Shown here: in pieces, positions 39,164 through 49,150 of the stretch | Layout: every line of letters begins with the position of its first letter | Numbering within the stretch: position 1 is the first letter of the stretch | Source: Lachnospira sp. UBA3790 | GTDB lineage: Bacteria; Bacillota; Clostridia; Lachnospirales; Lachnospiraceae | Reading direction: 5' to 3' | NCBI GenBank assembly: GCA_002369135.1 | Contig: DFEY01000002.1 | Coordinates: 168,601 to 232,600 of the forward strand | DNA length: 64,000 nucleotides | Notes under the pieces: generated by a model | What the model saw: only the letters and a program-made list of their open reading frames with translations | Told to the model about the DNA's origin: nothing | Databases searched by the model: none | Position numbers and translations under genes: made by a program

Positions 39164-40430
39164 TATAAACAATCTCTCCATCTAAAATTGTGTATTTAAC
39201 TTTTCCAAAAAGTTTATATCCATCAAAAGGTGTGTTCTTACCCTTCGACTCAAAATCATTTTTATCTACAGTGTATTCTTCGTCTGCGTCAAAGATAGTG
39301 ATGTCCGCTACACTTCCCTCTTTTAAAGTTCCCTTATCTATTCCAAGAATCTTTGCTGGGTTGTAACTCATCTTTTCAATCATCTGTTTCAAAGTGATGT
39401 GACCAGGTTTTACTAAATTTGTAACAGTAAGTCCAACAGATGTCTCAAGTCCCACAATGCCAAATGGTGAACCTTCAAAGCCTTTAGACTTTTCTTCTTC
39501 ACTGTGTGGTGCGTGATCTGTTGAGATAACTTCTAATATATCTTCTGATAAACCTCTTATTAATGCATCTCTATCCTCTGCTGTTCTAAGAGGTGGATTC
39601 ATTTTGAAGTTTGCATCATTACTTGGAATGTCATCTGTAGTTAGTGTGAAGTGATGTGGACAAACCTCTCCCGATACTTTCACACCCTTGTCCTTTGCCA
39701 CCTTTAGCATCTCTACAGAATCTTTTGTAGAACAATGGCAAAGATGAAGTGTTGTTCCTAATTTTTCTGCTAGGTTGATATCGCGCTGTGCGATAATATC
39801 TTCCACTTCATTTGTGATTCCCTTTAGGCCAAGTTTTTGGGCATTTGAATCTGCATTCATCACTCCGCCTTTAACTAAATTTATTTCTTCGCAATGTGCT
39901 AGCACTGGAACATTTAGTTCAGCCGCTTCCTTCATCGCTTTCGCATAAACTTCTTCATCCATCACAGATTTACCATCTTCACTTATTGCGCAAATTCCTG
40001 CTGCTTTAAGCGTAGCAATATCTGTGATTTCTTCTCCCTTCATGCCTTTTGTCACGGCACCTACTGGGAGTACGTTTGTATATTTCTCTTCTGAAGCTTT
40101 GTCTATGATATATTTGACTGTCTCTTCAGAATCTATAACTGGATTTGTGTTTGGCATGCAGCACACAGTAGTGAATCCACCTTTGGCTGCTGCCTTTGAA
40201 CCAGTCTTGATATCTTCTTTATGTGTCTGGCCTGGATCTCTGAAATGCACATGCATATCAATTAGTCCAGGTGCTACTACTAATCCTGTGGCATCAATCA
40301 CTTTGTCTGCCTCATCGCTAATAGAAGGAGCTTTTGCTTTTATCACTCCATCTTCCACTAGCACATCTAACACTGCATCAGTGTTTGTGGCTGGGTCTAT
40401 TACATTTCCATTTTTGATTAGTAGTTTCAT
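39156..40430 (-). CDS. pyrC: Dihydroorotase
   Basis: PGLIDMHVHFRDPG, MPNTNP, KMNPPLR and TDHAPH motifs. Confidence 0.95.
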   Translation of the reverse strand: MKLLIKNGNVIDPATNTDAVLDVLVEDGVIKAKAPSISDEADKVIDATGLVVAPGLIDMHVHFRDPGQTHKEDIKTGSKAAAKGGFTTVCCMPNTNPVIDSEETVKYIIDKASEEKYTNVLPVGAVTKGMKGEEITDIATLKAAGICAISEDGKSVMDEEVYAKAMKEAAELNVPVLAHCEEINLVKGGVMNADSNAQKLGLKGITNEVEDIIAQRDINLAEKLGTTLHLCHCSTKDSVEMLKVAKDKGVKVSGEVCPHHFTLTTDDIPSNDANFKMNPPLRTAEDRDALIRGLSEDILEVISTDHAPHSEEEKSKGFEGSPFGIVGLETSVGLTVTNLVKPGHITLKQMIEKMSYNPAKILGIDKGTLKEGSVADITIFDADEEYTVDKNDFESKGKNTPFDGYKLFGKVKYTILDGEIVYND

Positions 40431-40439
40431 AGTCTTCCT

Positions 40440-42344
40440 TTATTTCTTTAGTTGATATAGGCTGACAATCTTTGAGTCGTTGCTCTCTTTGTCGCCGTCG
40501 TATACCAATTCATACTTTCCACTGTTAATATATGGAGCAAACTTTGAAATAGTATCAGCGTTCTCACTCTCATCCACTAACAAGTAGTCTGGATTTGCTG
40601 GAACTTTGTCTTTGTGTTCTTCATTTAAATATCCAATGTCGTAACACTGTAGGTTTTTTGCCATATGAGGCATAATCCAACCTGTTGTGAATACACTCTT
40701 GTCATTTGGAACCATGCTTATAGCCTTATCAAACTTCTCCACCTTAGTGCTGTTGCTTTGATACATATTCACATAGCGTGGCGCTTTTGGAAGTATTAGT
40801 CCCATAAACATAATCGCGCAAATAATAAGTGAACATGTAACCATTTTTTTCGCCTTCTTAGGTTTCATATCTGCCACATTCATTATGATTAGATAAATGA
40901 ATAGAGCGATATGTCCAAAGTTATATTGGAATTCAATTTGATGCTGGTAAATATATGTTGTAATCAAGCTGACAACTATAATACTTCCAAGCAAAATGTA
41001 TCTTGAATACTTTCTTCCTGTTGCAAAGATTAGTGCGCCTACTGGCACAAACATCTCAATCAAGTAGCCAATCTTATCCATCTGTACAGTGTCTCCACCG
41101 CCTATCACACCTCCATTATGGTTCGAAATAATCTGAGTGATTACATAACCAGGATTTGTGATGAATACTCTCGCCATCTGAGTAAAGCCGGCCTGTTTGT
41201 CATAGAACATATTGTCATATCTAAAGTCCATTATGCCCAAGCCATAACTGTTTATAACTTTGATTGCGACTACAAAGTATATTGCTCCCACCAAGATAAA
41301 GATTAGTCCTCTTAGTCTGCTCTTTCTTGAAACAATCCAGAATAGTCCTAGTAGCATTACATACATAGCTGCATCTTCTTTGACGAAGAGGGTTAGTAGT
41401 AAGAATACTACTGTTAGGATGTTTTTCTTTTTCTCAACTGCCCATATTAGCATTAGGATCATAAATGTTAGGAAGCAGTTTTCGTGGAAGTCGTATAGAA
41501 TTCCGCCTACTGTTGCTGGGAACAAAGCGTAAATTGCGATTATTGCAAGTGTTACTTTGTTGCTTAATTTATATTGTTTTCCAAGTAGATAAATTGGAAG
41601 CACTGGAAGCGCAACCATAATCGCTTGGATTACTGCCACTGTTTCTGGCTTAGGGAATATAAAGTAAATTGGTAGTGCAATGTAGAATATTGGTGAGAAG
41701 TGAACCGCAAAGTGTGATAGTTCGTAACCTCTCTCCACTACTGTCTTAAATACGCCAGTTTGCTTCATATACTCGAAGCCCTGTGCAAAGATTCCGTAGT
41801 CAAAAGTTGGTGCTGTATATGCTTCAAACTTATATACTCCAATGACTGATGTAAGTATTAGCAAAAATGCTCCCATCACTGCTACAAAAATCTTTAAAGA
41901 TCTATCACTCACTTTAATTTTTGCTACTACGTCAAAGACTTCGTCTTTCACATACAAAAATGCAATAACAGCTAATGCTCCAGATAGAGCCAAGAAACAA
42001 ACCTGTGCAATTGGATTGTTCGATACAGTGTCAAAACTTATTTGGCTAGTAAAGTAACCTGCTAGCAAAAAGTAAATCATTACAACTGCAAACATTAATA
42101 TCTTAGATAGTGATTTTTTAGTTTTATAAAGAATGCCTGAAATAATACCAAAGGCTACAAACAGCAAAATCACTTTTACAAGAGATGTGTTTTTTACAAA
42201 CTCAATGTTTGCTAGTTCTTTGAAGGAGCCGGTAAGTATAGCGGTAATAGCAAGTGCTGTTACCACGCTTACTGCTATTCCTTCGAAGATTGATTTCTCA
42301 TTCTCCAAATATTTTTTTACAAATTTGTTTTCTTTTAAGTTCAT
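40440..42344 (-). CDS. Polytopic membrane protein, DUF2079-like (predicted GT-C fold)
   Basis: FDYGIFAQ, HFAVHFSPIFY, YDFHEN and KED motifs, multiple TMs, small C-terminal extracellular domain. Confidence 0.7.
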   Translation of the reverse strand: MNLKENKFVKKYLENEKSIFEGIAVSVVTALAITAILTGSFKELANIEFVKNTSLVKVILLFVAFGIISGILYKTKKSLSKILMFAVVMIYFLLAGYFTSQISFDTVSNNPIAQVCFLALSGALAVIAFLYVKDEVFDVVAKIKVSDRSLKIFVAVMGAFLLILTSVIGVYKFEAYTAPTFDYGIFAQGFEYMKQTGVFKTVVERGYELSHFAVHFSPIFYIALPIYFIFPKPETVAVIQAIMVALPVLPIYLLGKQYKLSNKVTLAIIAIYALFPATVGGILYDFHENCFLTFMILMLIWAVEKKKNILTVVFLLLTLFVKEDAAMYVMLLGLFWIVSRKSRLRGLIFILVGAIYFVVAIKVINSYGLGIMDFRYDNMFYDKQAGFTQMARVFITNPGYVITQIISNHNGGVIGGGDTVQMDKIGYLIEMFVPVGALIFATGRKYSRYILLGSIIVVSLITTYIYQHQIEFQYNFGHIALFIYLIIMNVADMKPKKAKKMVTCSLIICAIMFMGLILPKAPRYVNMYQSNSTKVEKFDKAISMVPNDKSVFTTGWIMPHMAKNLQCYDIGYLNEEHKDKVPANPDYLLVDESENADTISKFAPYINSGKYELVYDGDKESNDSKIVSLYQLKK

Positions 42345-42356
42345 AGGAACTCTCCT

Positions 42357-44567
42357 TTATTTCCAGAACATCACTGTGTTGTATACGTCATAATAGATAT
42401 CTGGTCTAGTATCAGTAAATCCACTAAATCCAGTACTCATTGTAACTAGTACATTTATAATTATTGTTGCAAGTAATACAACAAAAATTCCAAGTAATGC
42501 TTGTCTTAAAACGCCTTTCTTTCTAGCCCATCCTTCTATTGCAAAAATAACAAAGATAGATGGTATTACGAATGCCCAACCAAAGTCTAGCGAGTATCTA
42601 AATGATGCTCCACCCATAACTATTGTTGTGTAGCAAAGAACTAATGCCATGATAGCTGTTGCTATTACAAAGGCTTTGTCTTTGCTGCCTTTAAGACTAT
42701 TTTTAACTGTAACTGGCACTCCCACAAATGCCCAGATAAATGGATATGCAAACACTCCAATTCCCGCCATTGCAAATAGGTAGCCATGGTATGTAACCTC
42801 TGTGTCAGCTAATTCTATAAATGGGAAATTGGCCGAAGTCTTTGGTAATTCTAGCAAGCCATTCTGAATAACAGTTGGCACTTTTGAAATGACTGTAGGC
42901 TTAAAATATGAAGTGTCATAAACTGTAAGCTGATGAGCCACTCCAAAATCAAATGGGCTTCCAAATCTTACCTGGTTGTAAATCATTAGTAGCACTCCAA
43001 TAACCACATAAGGTATAGCTATCGCTACTATTGTTTTTATATTCTCTTTGCAAAAGATATTTGCAAAGTATCTTGCTAGTTTATTCTTCTTTTCACTGTT
43101 TCCTTTACTTGCCAAGTAATTAAGAATTAGTGGTAATACCACAATAGATGCTAGCAAGAAACTTGCTTTACATCCCACTGCCAAAGCAAAGGCCAATGCT
43201 CCTAAGCTTAAGAACAATGTGTTCTTGTTTTCTCTATGCACTCCCTCGTACACAAGGTTTATTCCAGCCAATATACAAATGAGACCTCCTAGTGGAGATA
43301 GTTCGTAAATCTTAGCACCATAAAATACCGAAGTTAAGAATATTGTGCTAAGTGATGCTGCCATTACACCAATAACAGTCCACATGTTTAGCTTTCTTCT
43401 CTTTGCAATGTTGTGAACTAACAAGCACATAAGAAGTGAAATAATTACCGCAAAGATAAATGTGATCAATCTAGTAGTTGGCATTATTCCCGTTAAAGCA
43501 TAAACAGGAAGGAATGTAAATATCACTGGAACTGGTCCATAGTATGTATAGTAATGTCCATCGTTATATGCATAGTCCCACTCATACGATGATCCTTTAT
43601 CTTGCATCACCTTATCTCTGATGAATGGCTTATATGGATCTTTCAATCCCTTTAAAACATCTAACTGTCTTTTATCGCCATTTTCTGTGAATTCATCCAC
43701 ACCATCTAAATGTGTCTGACCCTTTGTAAAGGCAATGGCTAGTTTTTGATACTGATCATAATTGCTAACTGAATTTGTCTTAGTATCTTCAAATAAAAAT
43801 CCGTCTTTTGGTTTCATTTGTGCGTAAGCCAAAAAGTATAGGAACAATATCTGAACAACTAACAAACTTACTATTGCAATTTTTCTAACTTTCTTTGACT
43901 TCTGACCGGCATAGTTTAGATTTCTGTATCTGTAAATCATTGCTAGTGCAAAGAACACTAGACAAACCACTATCAATCTCCATGCTTTAAATCTAAATGG
44001 AATATCCTGGTTTACTCCAGTTTTAATCATTCCAGATGTTATTACTGCATCATTTGATACTATTTTAATTTTTAAAGCAGTAGTCTTTCCTGCCAAATGG
44101 AGTCTAATATACTGTGTGTTCTTTGTTCCATAAACCACATTTATATCCGAATCATTTATAGGGAAGTACTCAGTAATCACTTCATCCTTATAATCAATAG
44201 ATACCTTTGCGCTCTCTATATCTTTTGGAATTTCTACAAAGACATTGTTTACTTTTGAATCAATATTATTTATTTCTACAGTAAACGTTGGCTTTTCTGA
44301 ATCATCTTCTTTTGAAACAAAGTAATCATCGTTCGAACTCTTTACGCCTGCTTGATCATATGTTATTACACTTTCGCTTTTCTTTAGCGACTGTCCAATA
44401 TTCTCATATGTGGTGTAATTAAAAGTAAAGATTTCCAAAACAAGCGCCATTAAAAATGATGCAATAAATAGTGTTGCAATGTCTTTCTTAATTTTTTCAG
44501 TTTTGTTTAGGAACAACATAATGCCAAACGCTAATGCTATTCCAACTATCATCATTACTATTCCCAT
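42357..44567 (-). CDS. Polytopic membrane protein, putative GT-C glycosyltransferase
   Basis: More than 10 hydrophobic segments, large extracellular loop, DYAYNDGHYYTYYGPVP, YNQVRFGSPFDFG and RYSLDF motifs. Confidence 0.6.
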   Translation of the reverse strand: MGIVMMIVGIALAFGIMLFLNKTEKIKKDIATLFIASFLMALVLEIFTFNYTTYENIGQSLKKSESVITYDQAGVKSSNDDYFVSKEDDSEKPTFTVEINNIDSKVNNVFVEIPKDIESAKVSIDYKDEVITEYFPINDSDINVVYGTKNTQYIRLHLAGKTTALKIKIVSNDAVITSGMIKTGVNQDIPFRFKAWRLIVVCLVFFALAMIYRYRNLNYAGQKSKKVRKIAIVSLLVVQILFLYFLAYAQMKPKDGFLFEDTKTNSVSNYDQYQKLAIAFTKGQTHLDGVDEFTENGDKRQLDVLKGLKDPYKPFIRDKVMQDKGSSYEWDYAYNDGHYYTYYGPVPVIFTFLPVYALTGIMPTTRLITFIFAVIISLLMCLLVHNIAKRRKLNMWTVIGVMAASLSTIFLTSVFYGAKIYELSPLGGLICILAGINLVYEGVHRENKNTLFLSLGALAFALAVGCKASFLLASIVVLPLILNYLASKGNSEKKNKLARYFANIFCKENIKTIVAIAIPYVVIGVLLMIYNQVRFGSPFDFGVAHQLTVYDTSYFKPTVISKVPTVIQNGLLELPKTSANFPFIELADTEVTYHGYLFAMAGIGVFAYPFIWAFVGVPVTVKNSLKGSKDKAFVIATAIMALVLCYTTIVMGGASFRYSLDFGWAFVIPSIFVIFAIEGWARKKGVLRQALLGIFVVLLATIIINVLVTMSTGFSGFTDTRPDIYYDVYNTVMFWK

Positions 44568-44589
44568 AATTATACCTTTTTATGTAAAC

Positions 44590-45210
44590 CTACTTGTTTT
44601 CTTCATCCACGTCTTCGTATTCGACGTCTATCACTTTCGGACTTCCACTCTGAGTCTTCGTCCATCTCTTAATCTTTCCTGAGATAGCTAGTGTTGTTAT
44701 AAAGTTAATGACACCGACAAAGATAAGTGCGATTCCCGCTGCTGCTACTAGAGTTTGTCCTTTATCCTTGCCTTCCTGTGGAGGATAAATCATAAATACA
44801 ACTGCTAACAAAATGAATATCAATGCAACAACTAGCATTGGAATCCATTTTAGTCCCATTCTCTTTAGATCAAATGCATTCTCTAACTTCATTAGTCCAC
44901 TAACCAAGACGATAGCTGCTGTAAAGTATGCTAGCAATGTGATCAGTTTACTCATTTGAGTTAGACAAATGATTCCTAGTATCAAGAAGATGACCGCTAA
45001 CACTAGTTCATATGCTGTATATCTACCCAAATCTCTTCTTCTGAAATATTCAATAGCATGTCTGATTGCATAAACAAACATTAAAATGCTTAGACAATAT
45101 GACAAGATTTTTTCTACATCCTGTGGGAAGAAAGCCATAAGAATGCCCATCGCTATACATCCAAGTGAGAATACGACCATTTCCCATTTCAAACTTTTTA
45201 GATAGTTCAT
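44590..45210 (-). CDS. DUF308/HdeD-like membrane protein
   Basis: Six short hydrophobic helices with a repeated G/A pattern and a charged tail. Confidence 0.6.
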   Translation of the reverse strand: MNYLKSLKWEMVVFSLGCIAMGILMAFFPQDVEKILSYCLSILMFVYAIRHAIEYFRRRDLGRYTAYELVLAVIFLILGIICLTQMSKLITLLAYFTAAIVLVSGLMKLENAFDLKRMGLKWIPMLVVALIFILLAVVFMIYPPQEGKDKGQTLVAAAGIALIFVGVINFITTLAISGKIKRWTKTQSGSPKVIDVEYEDVDEENK

Positions 45211-45220
45211 GTTCTACTCC

Positions 45221-48200
45221 TTATTTGAAGAACTCGACACCTGACTCGAAGACTTTCATATCTTCTTCGCCGTAAATGTTTTTGTTTACGCTTCTTCCTT
45301 TTCTCTCGATATGCGCCATCTTACCGAAGCATCTTCCGTCTGGACTTGTGATACCCTCGATAGCCATATATGAACCGTTCACGTTCCACTCTTCATCCAT
45401 AGTTGGAACTCCAGCTTCGTTCACATACTGTGTAGCAACCTGACCGTTTGCAAAGAGTTCATCTAGCACTTCCTTAGGAGCTACAAATCTTCCCTCACCG
45501 TGTGATGCAGGGTTTGTGTAAACTCCGCCTAGCTCTGCCTTCTGCAACCATGGTGATTTGTTTGAAACCACTTTAGTGTAAACCATCTTTGATACGTGAC
45601 GGTTGATTGTATTGTATGTAAGTGTTGGCGCCTGTTCGTTCTGTCCAGTAATCTGTCCGTTTGGAACCAAACCAAGTTTGATCAATGCCTGGAATCCGTT
45701 ACAAATACCAAGTGCCAAACCATCTCTCTCGTTTAATAGCTTTGTTACTGCTTCCTCAATCTTTGGATTTCTGAAAGCTGTTGCAAAGAACTTAGCTGAA
45801 CCGTCCGGCTCATCACCTGCACTAAATCCACCAGGGAACATGAGAATCTGTGACTGGTTTAGAGCTTCCACATAAGCGTCTACAGAATCTCTGATATCTG
45901 ATGGTGTAAGGTTTTTAAATACCTTTGTTATTACATCAGCGCCGGCCTGTTCAAACGCCTTTGCTGTATCGTACTCACAGTTAGTACCTGGCATGACTGG
46001 GATAAATACCTTAGGTCTAGCAACTTTGTTTTTGCAAACATAGATTGAACCCTTGTCATATACTGGTGTATCAAGGTCTGATGTGTCATCGTGACTTCTT
46101 GTTGGGAATACTGCCTCTAGAGGTTTCTCCCAAGTCTTAATAGCCTCATCTAGTGTGATTACTACATCGCCCTTTTCCAAAGTCTTTGTATCATTAGTCA
46201 TACCAACTACGTCGTGGTCAATTGTTACTTCTTTATCCGCAGCAATCTCTGCCACAATATCACCAAAGCCTGGGGCAAATAAGTCTTTGCCGTCCCAAGA
46301 GTCATCGATAGTAATACCAATCTTATTACCAAATGCCATTTTTGAAACGGCTGGGATAATACCCTTGGCATCAAGTGTGTAGGCTGCCACAATCACACCG
46401 TCCTGAATCATCTGATGGATGGCATCATACATTTTCTTTATCTGTTCATAGTTAGGCTTCTCAAATTTATCTTTTTCAATCTTGAATCTAACTACTTTGT
46501 CTCCAGCTTTCTTAAACTCTGGAGTAATAATATCTTTTTCTTTTGCTACATCCACGGCAAAGGAAACAAGTGTTGGTGGAACATCAATATCGTTAAATGT
46601 TCCAGACATACTGTCCTTACCACCGATTGATGGAAGTTCAAATCCCATCTGCGCATCGTATGAACCAAGAAGTGCTGCGAATGGCTGACTCCATCTCTTT
46701 GGATCTTCACTCATTCTTCTGAAGTATTCCTGGAATGTCATACGAATCTTTCTAAAGTCACCACCTGCTGCTACAACCTTTGCGATAGAATCAACAACCG
46801 CGTAAATAGCACCGTGGTATGGACTCCAGCTTGATAGGTATGGGTCAAAACCGTAACTCATAATTGTAACTGTGTCGCAATCACCATTTTGAACTGGAAG
46901 TTTTGCAACCATACTCTGAGTTTCAGTTAACTGATACTTACCACCGTGTGGCATATATACTGAACCTGCTCCAATAGAGCCGTCAAATTTCTCAACCAAA
47001 CCTTTTTGTGAACACTCATTAAGGTCAGCCAAAGTATCTAACCACTTAGTCTTAATGTCTGATACTTCCTCTGCCTTAAAGAAGTCTTTATTTTCATCTG
47101 GCATATCAACAGCCACTGAAGTTTCCTGGTGAGCTCCGTTTGTATCTAGGAATTCTCTTGAGATATTTACAATCTCTTTTCCTCTCCACTCAAGAACAAG
47201 TCTTGGACTTTCTGTAACCTCAGCCACTACTGTAGCCTCTAAGTTCTCTTCTTTTGCGTATGCTAGGAATTGGTCAACATCCTTAGGATCAACTACTACA
47301 GCCATTCTCTCTTGAGACTCTGAAATAGCAATCTCAGTTCCGTCCAAACCTGCATACTTCTTTGGTACTAAATCTAAGTTAACGTGAAGACCGTCAGCCA
47401 ACTCACCAATAGCTACAGACACACCGCCTGCGCCAAAGTCGTTACACTTCTTAATCAAGTAACTAACTTCTTCTCTTCTAAACAATCTTTGTAGCTTACG
47501 CTCTGTAGGTGGATTACCTTTTTGTACTTCTGCACCACACTCTTCGATAGACTCCTCTGTGTGAATCTTTGAAGAACCTGTAGCTCCACCACAACCATCA
47601 CGACCAGTCTGTCCACCAAGTAGAACGATAATATCTCCTGGATCTGATGTAAGTCTCTGTACTGCACGACGAGGAGCCGCACCCATAACTGCACCAATCT
47701 CCATTCTCTTAGCAACGTAGTCTGGATGGTAAATCTCTTTAACTAAACCTGTAGCCAAACCAATCTGGTTTCCGTATGAACTGTATCCATCTGCAGCACC
47801 CTGTACTAACTTCTTCTGTGGAAGTTTACCCTGCATAGTCTCCGCCAAAGGCTTAGTAGGATCCGCTGCGCCAGTAACACGCATAGCTTGGTATACGTAT
47901 GTACGACCTGATAGTGGATCTCTGATAGCTCCGCCCAAACATGTAGCGGCACCACCAAATGGCTCAATCTCTGTTGGGTGGTTGTGAGTCTCGTTCTTGA
48001 AGTTCACAAGCCACTCCTCAGTCTTACCATCTACCTCTACAGGTACTACGATAGAACATGCATTTATTTCATCTGACTCTTCCTGGTCATCTAACTTTCC
48101 TTCTGCTTTAAGTTTTCTCATAGCCATCAAAGCTAAATCCATCAAGCATACAAACTTATCTTCTCTTCCTTTGAAGATCTCGTCACGCACTTTTAGGTAA

Positions 48201-48964
48201 TCCTCATAAGTGCTCTCCATAACCTCTTTATAAAAACCTTCGTCAAACTTAACATCAGTCAACTCTGTGTTAAATGTTGTATGACGACAGTGATCTGACC
48301 AATATGTGTCTAGCACTCTAATCTCAGTCATTGTTGGATCTCTGTCTTCGTCGTTTTTAAAGTAGTTCTGAATATGCAAAAAGTCTTTAAAAGTCATTGC
48401 AAGACCTAGTGAGTCGTACAATTCTTTTAAAGGCTCCTCTTCTATGTCCTTGAAACCGTCAAAGACAATAACGTCTTCTGGCTCTTCAAAATTCTGTTTT
48501 AATGTTTCCGGTTTTTCTAGACCTGTCTCTCTAGAATCTACTGGGTTGATACAGTAACTCTTAACCTTTTCGAATTCTTCGTCTGAAACATCGCCCACCA
48601 AAACATATGTAGTAGCTGATTTGATAACAGGTTGCTCGTCTTCATTCAAAAACTTCACACACTGTTCAGCTGAGTCTGCTCTTTGATCAAACTGTCCTGG
48701 CAAGTATTCCACGCTGAAGATTTTACTCTTACTCTCGTCGTATGGGAACTCCTCCTCATACACATCATCTACAGGTGGTTCCGAAAAAATAGACGTAAGA
48801 GCTTTATCGAATGTTTCATCCGACAAATTCTCTACGTCATATCTCACCAAAACACGGACTTTCTCAAGTCCATCTATTCCTAAGTATCCTTTAATATCAT
48901 CTGTTAGTTCCTTTGCTGCCATAGCAAATGGCGCTTTTTTCTCCACGTAAACTCGTCTTACCAA
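45221..48964 (-). CDS. purL: Phosphoribosylformylglycinamidine synthase (single-chain clostridial type)
   Basis: WSDHCRH, KNETHNHPTEIEPFGGAATCLGG, PGTNCE, GGFSAGD, GICNGFQAL and H.ER motifs. TTG start with RBS GGAGG. Confidence 0.95.
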   Translation of the reverse strand: MVRRVYVEKKAPFAMAAKELTDDIKGYLGIDGLEKVRVLVRYDVENLSDETFDKALTSIFSEPPVDDVYEEEFPYDESKSKIFSVEYLPGQFDQRADSAEQCVKFLNEDEQPVIKSATTYVLVGDVSDEEFEKVKSYCINPVDSRETGLEKPETLKQNFEEPEDVIVFDGFKDIEEEPLKELYDSLGLAMTFKDFLHIQNYFKNDEDRDPTMTEIRVLDTYWSDHCRHTTFNTELTDVKFDEGFYKEVMESTYEDYLKVRDEIFKGREDKFVCLMDLALMAMRKLKAEGKLDDQEESDEINACSIVVPVEVDGKTEEWLVNFKNETHNHPTEIEPFGGAATCLGGAIRDPLSGRTYVYQAMRVTGAADPTKPLAETMQGKLPQKKLVQGAADGYSSYGNQIGLATGLVKEIYHPDYVAKRMEIGAVMGAAPRRAVQRLTSDPGDIIVLLGGQTGRDGCGGATGSSKIHTEESIEECGAEVQKGNPPTERKLQRLFRREEVSYLIKKCNDFGAGGVSVAIGELADGLHVNLDLVPKKYAGLDGTEIAISESQERMAVVVDPKDVDQFLAYAKEENLEATVVAEVTESPRLVLEWRGKEIVNISREFLDTNGAHQETSVAVDMPDENKDFFKAEEVSDIKTKWLDTLADLNECSQKGLVEKFDGSIGAGSVYMPHGGKYQLTETQSMVAKLPVQNGDCDTVTIMSYGFDPYLSSWSPYHGAIYAVVDSIAKVVAAGGDFRKIRMTFQEYFRRMSEDPKRWSQPFAALLGSYDAQMGFELPSIGGKDSMSGTFNDIDVPPTLVSFAVDVAKEKDIITPEFKKAGDKVVRFKIEKDKFEKPNYEQIKKMYDAIHQMIQDGVIVAAYTLDAKGIIPAVSKMAFGNKIGITIDDSWDGKDLFAPGFGDIVAEIAADKEVTIDHDVVGMTNDTKTLEKGDVVITLDEAIKTWEKPLEAVFPTRSHDDTSDLDTPVYDKGSIYVCKNKVARPKVFIPVMPGTNCEYDTAKAFEQAGADVITKVFKNLTPSDIRDSVDAYVEALNQSQILMFPGGFSAGDEPDGSAKFFATAFRNPKIEEAVTKLLNERDGLALGICNGFQALIKLGLVPNGQITGQNEQAPTLTYNTINRHVSKMVYTKVVSNKSPWLQKAELGGVYTNPASHGEGRFVAPKEVLDELFANGQVATQYVNEAGVPTMDEEWNVNGSYMAIEGITSPDGRCFGKMAHIERKGRSVNKNIYGEEDMKVFESGVEFFK

Positions 48965-49041
48965 ACCGATTTTTCCTCCAATTTCTTAGGGCTTTTCGTA
49001 TATTTTTCCTCGCCAAAACATACGACCCCACAATCCCCTAT

Positions 49042-49070
49042 ATCATACCATATTTTAGGACATTTTGCGA
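49042..49070 (-). promoter_or_regulatory. Candidate sigma-A promoter for the purL-led gene run
   Basis: Minus strand TCGCAA, 17-nt spacer, TGg-TATGAT; followed by a leader hairpin at 48996-49025. Confidence 0.5.
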
Positions 49071-49083
49071 TACAAAAAAGCAC

Positions 49084-49112
49084 AAAAAAAGCCGATTTTT
49101 TCGGCTTTTTTT
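49084..49112 (-). terminator. Intrinsic terminator after the GH25 gene
   Basis: AAAAAAAGCCGA-N5-TCGGCTTTTTTT perfect stem with T-tract. Confidence 0.8.
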
Positions 49113-49150
49113 AATAATTTTTGTATATTTAGAATTGTTTGGTTTTTATA

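Noticed and set aside
48990-49030. ZMP/ZTP (pfl) or purine riboswitch in the purL leader (GGGUCGUAUG...UGGCGA resemblance)
   Set aside because: It lacks the GUGG..CCAC-GGGGAG and 3' GCCUGGGC elements, and the leader is short. Only an 11-bp hairpin (48996-49025) is supported.
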